From positions 124,001 through 188,000 of the IMG/VR virus record IMGVR_UViG_3300005613_000001: 64,000 nt of DNA; one strand, written 5' to 3'. The notes beneath the pieces are model-generated. The model did not search any database. It had not been told where the DNA came from and saw only the letters and a list, made by a program, of their open reading frames with translations. The position numbers and the translations under genes are program-made. Shown here piece by piece: positions 1 through 9,279 of this stretch. Position 1 is the stretch's first letter; every line of letters starts with the position of its first letter.

Positions 1-140
1 CATTACCCTAAACTGCTCGGCCATTGGCATAGTTTCAAAATGAACCGTTTCATACCCATAATGTTCAAACAGCTTCCTTATTTCCACTTCATTTTCAGCC
101 TTACGCCATTGAAGTTCCCTTGAAATGAATATTTTTCTAG
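1..140 (-). pseudogene. C-terminal half of a GT61/DUF563-like glycosyltransferase (runs off window edge, no start)
   Basis: Manual translation TRKIFISRELQWRKAENEVEIRKLFEHYGYETVHFETMPMAEQFRVM resembles the GT61 RKIYISR...N E..GFE...E.L..EQ motif; N-half is at 3220-3858. Confidence 0.7.
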
Positions 141-436
141 TTACGTAAAACAAATCGCTTGAAATCATTTGCTTTACCTAACTTCTGCCACATGGTAAAT
201 AATGAAACAATGCGATCCCAAGGATTTCGTGCAATTGTGAATTTAAAATAGTCCCTGCATTCTATTGGATGTTCAATTTCATATTTAGAAATCCACCAGT
301 GTTTGCCGGGATAAATAATATCACCACGTTCATCCAAATGAAGTTCGGGACGAAGAGCTTTAGCTATGCTGGTCCCGCCAGTTTTAGCCATGTGGATAAA
401 AATAAATTTATGCCGATGACAGATCATTTCAACCAC
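137..436 (-). pseudogene. Sulfotransferase family 2, N-terminal half (truncated)
   Basis: FIFIHMAKTGGTSI (5'-PSB) and FTIARNPWDRIVS (3'-PB) motifs; ends prematurely; matching C-half at 28790-29072. Confidence 0.7.
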
Positions 437-590
437 TCAACCAATGCATCGTAGTCAGCAAAATCCCGCTCTTCTAACCTATCATACGCAGCTAAATATC
501 CCGCCTCTATAAGAGAATCAAATGCAGCCGCTTTGGCTTTGCCTCCTAAAAAGTGAACCGGGACATCCTCACAATACGCTATAGTTACTT

Positions 591-812
591 TCATTTTTCA
601 AACCAATTATTTGTTTCTTCTTTTAACTTATCAGAACCCTTTTTTGCAGCATCTTGGACACCATCTTTCAGGGTGTTAAGTGGCTGTTCCACCTTCTGTC
701 TGACATTATCCACATCACGTTTAACCTTATATGCTTCAAATGCTACCATTGCTACAATAAATAAAATAACGGCTAGTAGAACTACAATGAGTCCCATAAA
801 TAAATTTTTCAT
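591..812 (-). CDS. Small membrane-anchored protein
   Basis: N-terminal hydrophobic helix then charged helical tail; GGAG RBS. Confidence 0.6.
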   Translation of the reverse strand: MKNLFMGLIVVLLAVILFIVAMVAFEAYKVKRDVDNVRQKVEQPLNTLKDGVQDAAKKGSDKLKEETNNWFEK

Positions 813-832
813 GTTAGTCTCCTTACTAACAC

Positions 833-1069
833 TTATATATCGTTATTAAACGTGGGTTTGGGACTTACCACACTCCCTTCTTTCTTGTATCTCTCAATCG
901 CCTCTTTTAATGTAGTACCACAACTACCAACTTGTTCTTCACCATCCTTCCACCAGGCATACTCTTTTAGCCCAGCAAGAAAACCGGCTTCGTAACCAGC
1001 ATCATATGCATTGTGCTCTAAATCACGCAACTCTTGTTCAATTCTAGGATCAATTTCTGGTTCGCTCAT
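833..1069 (-). CDS. Hypothetical phage protein
   Basis: Tightly packed ORF; YDAGYEAGF repeat, LKEYAWWKDG motif. Confidence 0.6.
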   Translation of the reverse strand: MSEPEIDPRIEQELRDLEHNAYDAGYEAGFLAGLKEYAWWKDGEEQVGSCGTTLKEAIERYKKEGSVVSPKPTFNNDI

Positions 1070-1773
1070 TTAATTGCCGCCTTGTAAATGAGTTCTACTA
1101 CGTTCTTCAACACCGGGTAACCCAACATCCAATGGTATTCATGTCTTCTAATTTGAATTGCCGTATGAACACCCTCAGCTATCTGCCCGTCTTGAAATTC
1201 AGGCTTTTCACCAGAGGCTATTAATTGTCCCGCCTTAAAATTTCTACTCTTGTTGCTGAGACACGTTACGGCTAAATCTGCCATGTGGCGATTTATAGAA
1301 GTAATCCCCTTTAATTCTTCCCACGCATCAGCAAAATATACAGCCGCCATATTATCGCCATTGGTGTGTTTTTCAATTGAATAACCAATAGCGTAAACAT
1401 TTTTAAGAACACCAACCCACTCTAACTCATTGTATCCATATGATATGTCCAATTTCTCCTCAGTGGAAATACAAGCGCCTCCTAAAACAGAGATATATTT
1501 AGATCCCCAAATATCCCGAATGGCTTGAGTAGGCAAGTGACCCTTGCTATCCAATCCCTTGGTTGCCGAATGGACCGTTATATCAGGATCAACTTCATCA
1601 AAAAGCTCCAGGGTTTCTCTTAAATATTGCCCTGGAATTGCTACGATAATCTTATCCGCCTCTTTTATTTCAAATGGATCTTCAGGATGATTCCACGTTT
1701 TGATCTTAAACTTGGGGGCAAATTCTTTTTTGAGGCGGGCTCCCCATTTACCTTGACCGAGTATGATAATCAT
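1066..1773 (-). CDS. gpsA: NAD(P)H-dependent glycerol-3-phosphate dehydrogenase-like
   Basis: GQGKWG Rossmann motif, SATKGL, LKNVYAIG, DLAVTCLS..SRNFKAG, AEGVHTA. Confidence 0.85.
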   Translation of the reverse strand: MIIILGQGKWGARLKKEFAPKFKIKTWNHPEDPFEIKEADKIIVAIPGQYLRETLELFDEVDPDITVHSATKGLDSKGHLPTQAIRDIWGSKYISVLGGACISTEEKLDISYGYNELEWVGVLKNVYAIGYSIEKHTNGDNMAAVYFADAWEELKGITSINRHMADLAVTCLSNKSRNFKAGQLIASGEKPEFQDGQIAEGVHTAIQIRRHEYHWMLGYPVLKNVVELIYKAAIK

Positions 1774-1776
1774 ACT

Positions 1777-2292
1777 CTAAGATAGTAATTCCGCGTCATC
1801 AATTGCTTTTATTATACCCCTCATCAGGCTAACGCTTATTGAAGAACCATTGTGCAAGGTAAAAACTTGCCCATCGTATGTCCCCATGTGCGCACCTTCC
1901 TTGGTTACAACCCTCTTTAAATACTCAGGATAAGTTTCATCTAAATCATCAAAACACACTTCCTGTATCAGCGGCTTCTTTCTTCGCCTCTTCCAAGATA
2001 ACTCATATATTTTTGCATCATAACTATCCTGATAATTCAACCAAAAAGTAGCAGGCATGTGAAAAACTTTTGAGAACTTGTGAGCTAACTCCTCCGTAAT
2101 AGGTGCTAGTTCCCATATAATTTCCTCTATCGTCTCAACATCTTCCTCTATTACAACACAAAAAGCTTGCAATTTAGCTTCAAATGACTTTGGAACTTCA
2201 CCCAAAACAGAGTAGTGTTCAATGCACTCCTTGAGCGTAGCACCCGGATGAACCGCGTAATCAGGATCAAATTTTTGAGGCGGGATAGCCAT
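1777..2292 (-). CDS. HigA-like antitoxin HTH domain plus extra C-terminal domain
   Basis: AVHPGATLKE...ITEELAHKFSKVF...FWLNYQDSYD is the HigA/VapI signature. Confidence 0.7.
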   Translation of the reverse strand: MAIPPQKFDPDYAVHPGATLKECIEHYSVLGEVPKSFEAKLQAFCVVIEEDVETIEEIIWELAPITEELAHKFSKVFHMPATFWLNYQDSYDAKIYELSWKRRRKKPLIQEVCFDDLDETYPEYLKRVVTKEGAHMGTYDGQVFTLHNGSSISVSLMRGIIKAIDDAELLS

Positions 2293-2293
2293 T

Positions 2294-3133
2294 TTAGAAC
2301 TCCCAGAAGGGCGACATTTTAGTAGATTGAGGAAGCAAATTCGCCTGTTCGCTTACACAACAAACGTTTTTACATTCTCCGTGGCATTCTCCATCGGCAG
2401 AAGGAGGAGCAGCCACACAATCATCTTCGCAATTATCTGCGGTTAAAACCCAATCATCATCGCTATCATTCCACTTCCATGAAGTGTAACCACAATCTCC
2501 ACATTCTATCTCCCAAGATGATGTATCGCAAGGGATAACTATATGGGCACCAAAATAATGAGGCGTAGTATCACTTGGAGTGGTGTCGCTAGGGGTGGCA
2601 CTTTCTCCATTTGGCCCCTCCCCACACGAATTTCTAACAAGCAGCCAGCCAGCTTGTTGAGTCCCTTGTGCGCCGCCTGGCAACGTTGCATCACCAATAT
2701 AAACCCAAGTCGCCGTACCCCTAGTGCATTTCTTCTCTACACACGGGAAATTCCACTCTGCCCCCGGTATATGGTCAGATGTTAATGAATCTGGGTAGGC
2801 AGGGTAACAACAGTCTTTGTCCGTACAATTATTTTCCAATAATGACCAAAAGTGAATCATCCTATTAGTGCCATTATCGTTCAAAAGCAAACTATAAGAC
2901 TTCCATTTTGCCTGACCGCAATTAATATGGGAAGTCTGCGTTGCGAAGTTTTGATGACAGCTTGAAGCACCATTTCTGATCGCTGTTAAATTAGAGGCGC
3001 GTGAATTGACCGTAGTATTATTGCGATTTAATGCCGACCAAGAAACCTTCCCATCGGGAGTGTTGGGCAATAAGTGAGTATTAGCCAAACCCGGTACGGT
3101 CTGTGTTCCACAATTATTCTGAATAGTCGGCAT
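2294..3133 (-). CDS. Cys-rich hypothetical protein
   Basis: 279-aa ORF, many Cys pairs, TPSDT repeat. Confidence 0.6.
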   Translation of the reverse strand: MPTIQNNCGTQTVPGLANTHLLPNTPDGKVSWSALNRNNTTVNSRASNLTAIRNGASSCHQNFATQTSHINCGQAKWKSYSLLLNDNGTNRMIHFWSLLENNCTDKDCCYPAYPDSLTSDHIPGAEWNFPCVEKKCTRGTATWVYIGDATLPGGAQGTQQAGWLLVRNSCGEGPNGESATPSDTTPSDTTPHYFGAHIVIPCDTSSWEIECGDCGYTSWKWNDSDDDWVLTADNCEDDCVAAPPSADGECHGECKNVCCVSEQANLLPQSTKMSPFWEF

Positions 3134-3219
3134 ACATTATTTAGGAACACACGAACATTTATCCATCCGGTTGTCCACAAAATCAACATAAACGGTATCG
3201 TCGTCTTTGTGATACACAT

Positions 3220-3858
3220 TCATGACATTGGCTCAACATAATCTTTTATGCCAGCAATGTGAAACATAATCTTGCGGACAAAAGGAAGGGCATAGTGGGG
3301 TATGTAAAATGTTCCTTTCTGGGTAACTGCCGAGGGTAATAAGTATTTTTCTAATCTCCAAATCGACGTTCGGGACATAAATTCAAAATCAACATTCGGA
3401 TATAGTTCTTGAATTGCCTTAAGCGCCTCTTGTTGATATGGTCCAGCAGTGTTATAGTGAAGTAGTGTAATCGGCTTCTTGAAACGCCTAAGAAAGACCA
3501 GCCGAGGAATTGCATCACACCAAAAGTGCCCATAATTATTTTGATTAGGACCAAAAAACGAGCTATAAAGACCCGTCTTATCTACTTGATCTTTTGAATA
3601 CTTTATTATCTCATTTAGCGTATGGGATGTTGTATTGCCAATTTTAAATAGAGTTTTTCTAACTCTGAGACGATCACCCAATCCATCTAAGATTATTTTC
3701 CCAGATGCAGCATCAACAACCATTGCCCCTGCAACAAAGAAATATACATCCTTAGCAATCCCATAATGAAAATCATATGCTATTGTAAAGTCAGATTTGT
3801 ACAGTTTATGTATTGAGGTTAAATCCTCTAATTTAACAAAACCCTTTAACTCAAGCAC
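3220..3858 (-). pseudogene. GT61/DUF563-like glycosyltransferase, N-terminal half (truncated)
   Basis: NYGHFWCDAIPRL motif; stops exactly where RKIFISR should follow; C-half at 1-140. Confidence 0.7.
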
Positions 3859-3860
3859 TC

Positions 3861-4256
3861 TTAGCTCCCAAAACCTAAATCGCTAAAATCTAATTTTGTT
3901 CCAGGGCCTCTTTTTTTATCCTTGGGCTTTCGTTGGCGAACTCTTATGTATGCAACGTATTTGCCAGTGGGTCTTTCATATTTGTCTATGATTTCCCGGT
4001 ATTCTACATCTAGATTGAAAAAGGGGCTCTCGTAGCGTATCAACTCTTTGATTTGAGCCAATACTGAATTAATAAAGTGTGATGAGCCCGTAATTCTAAT
4101 TGTATCCTGATTATATGTAGAGCCTTTATGATTGGGGGGAATTGGATGAGGCATCATGGGCTGATCTTTTAAAGACGCCCAGTGCCTTAATATCTCATCG
4201 CGGGCTGCTTTCCAGCCTGCTTTTTGCTCTTCTATTAACCAATCACGAAACTCCAT
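3861..4256 (-). CDS. Hypothetical phage protein (MEFRDWL N-terminus)
   Basis: 131-aa ORF in gene chain. Confidence 0.65.
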   Translation of the reverse strand: MEFRDWLIEEQKAGWKAARDEILRHWASLKDQPMMPHPIPPNHKGSTYNQDTIRITGSSHFINSVLAQIKELIRYESPFFNLDVEYREIIDKYERPTGKYVAYIRVRQRKPKDKKRGPGTKLDFSDLGFGS

Positions 4257-4474
4257 ATTGATATATATGGAGTTTAATTAAAAAGTGCCTATTCCACTAT
4301 CCCCAACTCCCGCACTTCTTCCTTCGTAAATTGAATAGGAGCAATATCACTGCTGATGCCAGATCGGCTTCCAAGCCTCCCAGCATCCTCATCCCTCGCC
4401 ATGATCTCACAGGCTTTTTCCCAAATCCCGCGATCTCGCAATTCCTTAATAGTTAAATTCATTGCTAATTCTCC

Positions 4475-4660
4475 TTACTCAAAAATTGCATAAGCGGCAA
4501 TATCAGCCGCCTCTTTTTTATATTTCCTTACTTTCATCTTAAAATGTTGCTTTTTTCCTTTTGATCCAGCAAGTCTCATTCTTCTTTCATGCTTATCTGC
4601 TAATGCTGATTTCACAGCATACAGGGCTGCTAATCTCTTAGTTTCCGTCCTGCTCAACAT
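4475..4660 (-). CDS. Small basic hypothetical protein
   Basis: ORF track; overlaps upstream gene end. Confidence 0.5.
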   Translation of the reverse strand: MLSRTETKRLAALYAVKSALADKHERRMRLAGSKGKKQHFKMKVRKYKKEAADIAAYAIFE

Positions 4661-5102
4661 AGCTATCCTCCGTATCTATCTTTTCAAAAGCTTCACGAAT
4701 GGACTTAGCCTCTTCCAAGGCACAGAATATGGCCTGTTGCCGGGTTTCAAGCGTAACTGCCCGTTCTTGCCATCTTGTAGCTATTCTGTTTAATTCGCGT
4801 TCCCTTTCCTGGTAAAAGCGTATTTTGCCTTCCATATAGGCCCGCACCTTCAAATGCTCTACTTCAAGTGCCTTTACATCCTTGGCAGCTTGTATTGATC
4901 GCCTGTGTGCCGTTCTAAATTGATTGCTATTGTTATTAATAAACCTTTCGTAATCGTACTTCATCGGCCTCCATACCAAAGTTAAAAATGCAATCACAAG
5001 TCCAGCAAAAATGAAGGGAGAACAAACAAGCCAAACCGTGCGAATCCGCATGGAATACCACTTCATTCCTAGCGTCCTTCCTGTGGGCTGCATCCCACAC
5101 AC
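4638..5102 (-). CDS. Membrane-anchored coiled-coil protein
   Basis: Hydrophobic segment then heptad-rich region. Confidence 0.55.
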   Translation of the reverse strand: MCGMQPTGRTLGMKWYSMRIRTVWLVCSPFIFAGLVIAFLTLVWRPMKYDYERFINNNSNQFRTAHRRSIQAAKDVKALEVEHLKVRAYMEGKIRFYQERERELNRIATRWQERAVTLETRQQAIFCALEEAKSIREAFEKIDTEDSYVEQDGN

Positions 5103-5196
5103 AGGGTTTCGTATTCTTCCACCGAATAGTCACTATCAGGAGTGACTAAGCGACGACTTGCCCTATCATTCACAAACCTACCGCATCTATCGCATC

Positions 5197-5796
5197 TTAA
5201 TTGTGTAAATCCATCGCCACTATCCATTGCTTCTCAGGCTCCTTCTCTAATCGCTCAAATAAATATTGAGGCTGGGTGGCTGCTGCTTCACCATCATAGA
5301 AAAATGAATCAAAACAATAATAGCCCGCCATCAATTTCCCCAAAGAGTACAAATGGTGGCCTATCATTTCAAATTCAAATGAATGAGCATCCCTTGGCAA
5401 AGAATCCAACCGTAATGCATTTAAAAACTGGCCCATCTCCTGTTTGTTTTGCTCAGTTGTTCTCTTCGCCGCCTCTTTTTTATCCTGAATAGGAATCCCC
5501 CAGATATCATCGGGAACTTCTTCTTCTGTTACTTCCTTCCCAATGATCTTATTACGCAAGGTGCAAAAATAATTATCTCTAGATTTAAGAGCCCCTTCTA
5601 CAAATTTCTTAAATGCTTCGGGATCATCTTGGGCACAAAGAACATTTTTACCATTAAGCATTCCTGCCCATCTTCCGCCTTCTTCAAACCAATCCCATAC
5701 ATTTCCCTCACCAAAAGACTCTATTGCCGACGCCGCTTTTGCCGTAGCCTCAACTTCATCTTGAGCAACCACGGCAATTAGATGAACAACATGCAT
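5197..5796 (-). CDS. Hypothetical phage protein
   Basis: 199 aa; WDWFEEGGRW and WIVAMDLHN motifs typical of a phage family. Confidence 0.65.
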   Translation of the reverse strand: MHVVHLIAVVAQDEVEATAKAASAIESFGEGNVWDWFEEGGRWAGMLNGKNVLCAQDDPEAFKKFVEGALKSRDNYFCTLRNKIIGKEVTEEEVPDDIWGIPIQDKKEAAKRTTEQNKQEMGQFLNALRLDSLPRDAHSFEFEMIGHHLYSLGKLMAGYYCFDSFFYDGEAAATQPQYLFERLEKEPEKQWIVAMDLHN

Positions 5797-5955
5797 GGTA
5801 AAGTTCCTTCTAGTTAGTCAGGAAATCCCCTGACAATGTGAATGTTGGCGTACTACCCAGGTGCCCGCCGATACCAACGGGAATTGACTCGTTGGGCAGT
5901 GGTTTGCTAAGGCGAAAACATTCGTGTTCTTTAAACATAATATTTCCCCGTGCAG

Positions 5956-6030
5956 TGACCCCAATCGGATTTGAACCGATGTTGCTGGCGTGAAAGGCCA
6001 GTGTCCTAAGCCTAACTAGACGATGGGGCC
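5956..6030 (-). tRNA. tRNA-Glu(TTC)
   Basis: Cloverleaf; CTGGC-CT TTC AC-GCCAG; T-loop TTCAAAT. Confidence 0.92.
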
Positions 6031-6419
6031 ATATCTGGTGGTTCTTCTACACTTTCTACTATGTATGTTCCTGTGCCGTCTTCATTCCAATCAATAGAAC
6101 CCGCAATCATCTTGCCAGATTGAAACGCAAGATTGGCACTTAACATCCGAGCATCATCATCACTTGTCACTGAAAACTGGTCGCCAACCTTAATATAAAG
6201 AGGCGGGGGACGCTTGCCAAATATGCTAGCAATTGCCGTTGTGGCAGCAAAAACAACAACTACAGTAAGCCACATCAATCCAAATGAAACAACAAGACAA
6301 AGGAAACCTATACCAATGTTTAACGTTTCAACTCCAAGCCAACTCTTCACCAAATAAACTGCTAGCACATGGTATCCTATAGTAATGCCCGCCGCAATTA
6401 AATAAACGAAATAATGCAT
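6012..6419 (-). CDS. Membrane protein (two TM segments); stop codon lies inside tRNA-Glu
   Basis: Hydrophobic N-half. Confidence 0.6.
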   Translation of the reverse strand: MHYFVYLIAAGITIGYHVLAVYLVKSWLGVETLNIGIGFLCLVVSFGLMWLTVVVVFAATTAIASIFGKRPPPLYIKVGDQFSVTSDDDARMLSANLAFQSGKMIAGSIDWNEDGTGTYIVESVEEPPDMAPSSS

Positions 6420-7174
6420 TACTCCGCCTCCGTGAAAACGTGTCGGCAGCCTATCTTGTACAAAAAATCGGCATACATCCTAACATTCCTCCCCCTAGCT
6501 CGCCTCTTCATTTTACGACAAACTTGTTTCAAATTTAACTTTTGCCACTTGCGGAACCCGGATTCGTCAGCCCAAGGAGGCAACCAGTTATACCAACTCT
6601 TAAAATATCGCCACGCTAGAAACATCCCTCTTTGTAAATCATGGTTAAAACCACTCATCCAAAAGTGATCGAATAAGTCCCGACCATCACCTTGATCTCT
6701 ATAATCATCCCATATATGTCGGGCTGTGCATATATGCCATGCATCATGAATGTTCGGAAGAGGAGGACGATACAAAAGACTTCGTGTACTTTTAATAGGC
6801 TCCGTTGCAAAAGCAACATACAAATGTTGATTCCCCACCCTCGCCATTATCACGTAGGGAAATTGAAGATGGTAAGCTTTATCATAATAATAAATCGTTC
6901 GTTTTTGAGGCGGATATTCCCTTATCTCCACAGACATTTTCTTGATTATTGTGCGATAATTTCTAGTTTCCCCTAATGCTCTATCTCTTTCCTTCCGCCT
7001 CTTTTTTTCTGCTTTTTCTCTTTCTTTTCTCGCTATTTCCTTTAAGACTTTTTTTAATTTCTTTCTCACGCCCGCTTTGGGACGCCCAATTTTCTTTGCT
7101 AGAGCTTCAATACCCATAGTCTCATTATGCTCTAGCAATACCGCCACTTCATCTTTTGTCCATCGTTTAGCCAT
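6419..7174 (-). CDS. HTH/coiled-coil + prokaryotic E2 family D-like domain
   Basis: YHLQFPYV...LYVAFATEPIKS...LYRPPLPNIHDAWHIC. Confidence 0.6.
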   Translation of the reverse strand: MAKRWTKDEVAVLLEHNETMGIEALAKKIGRPKAGVRKKLKKVLKEIARKEREKAEKKRRKERDRALGETRNYRTIIKKMSVEIREYPPQKRTIYYYDKAYHLQFPYVIMARVGNQHLYVAFATEPIKSTRSLLYRPPLPNIHDAWHICTARHIWDDYRDQGDGRDLFDHFWMSGFNHDLQRGMFLAWRYFKSWYNWLPPWADESGFRKWQKLNLKQVCRKMKRRARGRNVRMYADFLYKIGCRHVFTEAE

Positions 7175-7722
7175 TATTCATCATCCATAAAATAATGTCG
7201 ATTTCTTGCCCAATATACTTGTCCGCACTTATAATCTAAAAACCTCTTATATGAAACAACATGCTTGTCGTCTTTGAAAAACCATAAACGCCTCTTGCTC
7301 TGCTGTAATTTCAACACTACAGGTCCAATTTTGAGGCGGGACCAGTTTTTATAACCCCCAAAATATTTCCTTGCAAAACGTCGCCCCGCCTCCATATGTT
7401 GATTGAATGCTGTTTGCCAAACCAAATCAAAGGGGTGATTGGCATATTCATGCTGCCCGCCTAAACAGAAATGCCAATCTCCAACATGTACATTGGGAAG
7501 GGCAGGGAAATACAATTCAGTATGAAGGCTTTGAACGGGTTGTGCAGCAAAGGCTATATGTATCCTTTGCTGCTGTGCTAAAGCAAGAATGACATACGGG
7601 AACTGGAGGGTGTATTCTTTATTCCCGATGCGAACTGTGCGACGAGTGGGTTTATATTCCCGCACAGTCAGAGAAGGTTTAGCAAGTAATCTCCGATAAC
7701 TTTGATTAGCTTCTATAATCAT
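7174..7722 (-). CDS. Prokaryotic E2 family D-like protein
   Basis: YTLQFPYV...IHIAFAAQPVQS..TELYFPALPNVHVGDWHFC. Confidence 0.6.
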   Translation of the reverse strand: MIIEANQSYRRLLAKPSLTVREYKPTRRTVRIGNKEYTLQFPYVILALAQQQRIHIAFAAQPVQSLHTELYFPALPNVHVGDWHFCLGGQHEYANHPFDLVWQTAFNQHMEAGRRFARKYFGGYKNWSRLKIGPVVLKLQQSKRRLWFFKDDKHVVSYKRFLDYKCGQVYWARNRHYFMDDE

Positions 7723-8284
7723 CCCTGATTTCCTTTATTATTTGTTCTACATCTATACTAACAGGATGGTGTTCTTCATTCAACCTCGCTTCCCAACGAG
7801 CCTGCTCAAATATCGTATCTAAACTAATATGAAATGACTTAAGAACATCCGTCCAAAATCGTTTTCGCAGTTCAGCCGGGTGCCAAGGACCATCTGCACC
7901 TACATGGACTTTCCGCCTACAATAAGGACAAGGGAAGGTTTTAAATTCTTTAACCTCACCATGTTCGCAATGTGGACATATAGGATCGCTCGCCGCAAAT
8001 CGCTCAGGCACAACAATTAAAAGCTCTTCATAATCATAGCCTAATTTCTTGGCTTGATCCTCTAACGCTTCCCGCTCTTCCCAATTGTCAAACCAATGCT
8101 CCCCAAAATCCTGGTCCCTAGCAAAATAGCGACCAATCCACACTACATCACTCCATTCCGATACCCCAAGCCTCCGAACTATATTCGAAAATTCGGGGCG
8201 AACTACAAATGCATCCAATTCGTCAATGTAATCAAATACCTTAATCATCATCAAGCCCATCCCAAGGCAGTTTGAACTCGCCAT
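7706..8284 (-). CDS. Hypothetical protein with inserted Zn-ribbon (start probably MMIKVF)
   Basis: CPHC...CPYC. Confidence 0.6.
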   Translation of the reverse strand: MASSNCLGMGLMMIKVFDYIDELDAFVVRPEFSNIVRRLGVSEWSDVVWIGRYFARDQDFGEHWFDNWEEREALEDQAKKLGYDYEELLIVVPERFAASDPICPHCEHGEVKEFKTFPCPYCRRKVHVGADGPWHPAELRKRFWTDVLKSFHISLDTIFEQARWEARLNEEHHPVSIDVEQIIKEIRDDYRS

Positions 8285-8510
8285 CTCGCATCATATCCGC
8301 TAATTTTTGAGGCGGCACTTCAAAAGAATCCCCATTGGCCGGGTGAATTGTAAAAGTGTTACGAGTGATTTCAACCGTTCCCGTAGCACCGTCAAAACCA
8401 ATTGGCACTACAACAGAATCGTTATCTAAATCAACGTCTTGACTTCTAAATTCAACCTCCCCAGTATTCTCGTTAAACCAAACTTCAATATCTGAATCAG
8501 GCAAAATCAT
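8241..8510 (-). CDS. Acidic hypothetical protein
   Basis: ORF chain packing. Confidence 0.55.
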   Translation of the reverse strand: MILPDSDIEVWFNENTGEVEFRSQDVDLDNDSVVVPIGFDGATGTVEITRNTFTIHPANGDSFEVPPQKLADMMRDGEFKLPWDGLDDD

Positions 8511-8893
8511 AATTCACCCCACGGGTCTTCTGTTTCTTCCAACTCTTCTCGTATTTCTCTAGTTTGTTGTTCGGTAGATACAATTTTACTCGGTTCGCCA
8601 TTAGCCTCTACTTCATCCTTAACACAAAACACACAGCGAAGTATGGCTCCTACCGGCACACTATCTCTAGTTGAAGGAGACACCCAAACATCTCTTCCAC
8701 AACCACCGCAACGACCAACTGTTGAGCCGGAAACTTGTGTTCCACCCATATCTACAGGCATGCACATAACAGTTAGATTCTCTTCATTGACACTTTTCTC
8801 CATTTCATCATCGGAATAAACTTGAATCGGAACACCCATCGCATCAACGGTGTCGCCCGCCTTAACATCAGGATCAGTAATTTTCTTCTTCAT
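8507..8893 (-). CDS. Hypothetical Zn-binding protein
   Basis: CGGC...CVFC. Confidence 0.6.
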   Translation of the reverse strand: MKKKITDPDVKAGDTVDAMGVPIQVYSDDEMEKSVNEENLTVMCMPVDMGGTQVSGSTVGRCGGCGRDVWVSPSTRDSVPVGAILRCVFCVKDEVEANGEPSKIVSTEQQTREIREELEETEDPWGEL

Positions 8894-8895
8894 CT

Positions 8896-9279
8896 TTACG
8901 GTCCATTTGGTGGTTCAAAAACTAAACCCGTATAAATAAATCCGCCTACAAAACCCAAAGTCCAAATAACGCATCCGACAACCTTAAGAGAACACATAAA
9001 AAAAGGTGATGCTGCTATTAACGATGTTAAAATTGCCCCCAATACCATCGCCATGCACAACACCAAAGAATCCGGTCGCATTGGTGCTACTTTGTTGCTA
9101 ACTGTAAGGATGAAACCTATTATGCAGGCTGTGATAAAATAAACCGCCGACCAAATTGAACAGCCTGCCATGTGGTAAGAACAAATAAAAAAGGGCAAAC
9201 TAGACATGACAGCAGCGGCTAGACCGCCCATACAACTTAAAAGCCATATCCTTGCCGGTGGGCGTGATTCAGTTCTCAC
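8896..9279 (-). CDS. Membrane protein with internal duplication (4 TM)
   Basis: Two repeats ending S.PFF.CS...GC.IW. Confidence 0.6.
   Translation of the reverse strand: MRTESRPPARIWLLSCMGGLAAAVMSSLPFFICSYHMAGCSIWSAVYFITACIIGFILTVSNKVAPMRPDSLVLCMAMVLGAILTSLIAASPFFMCSLKVVGCVIWTLGFVGGFIYTGLVFEPPNGP

Noticed and set aside
141-3227. Calling the translocated block a transposon
   Set aside because: No transposase or terminal inverted repeats, and its ends lie inside ordinary genes
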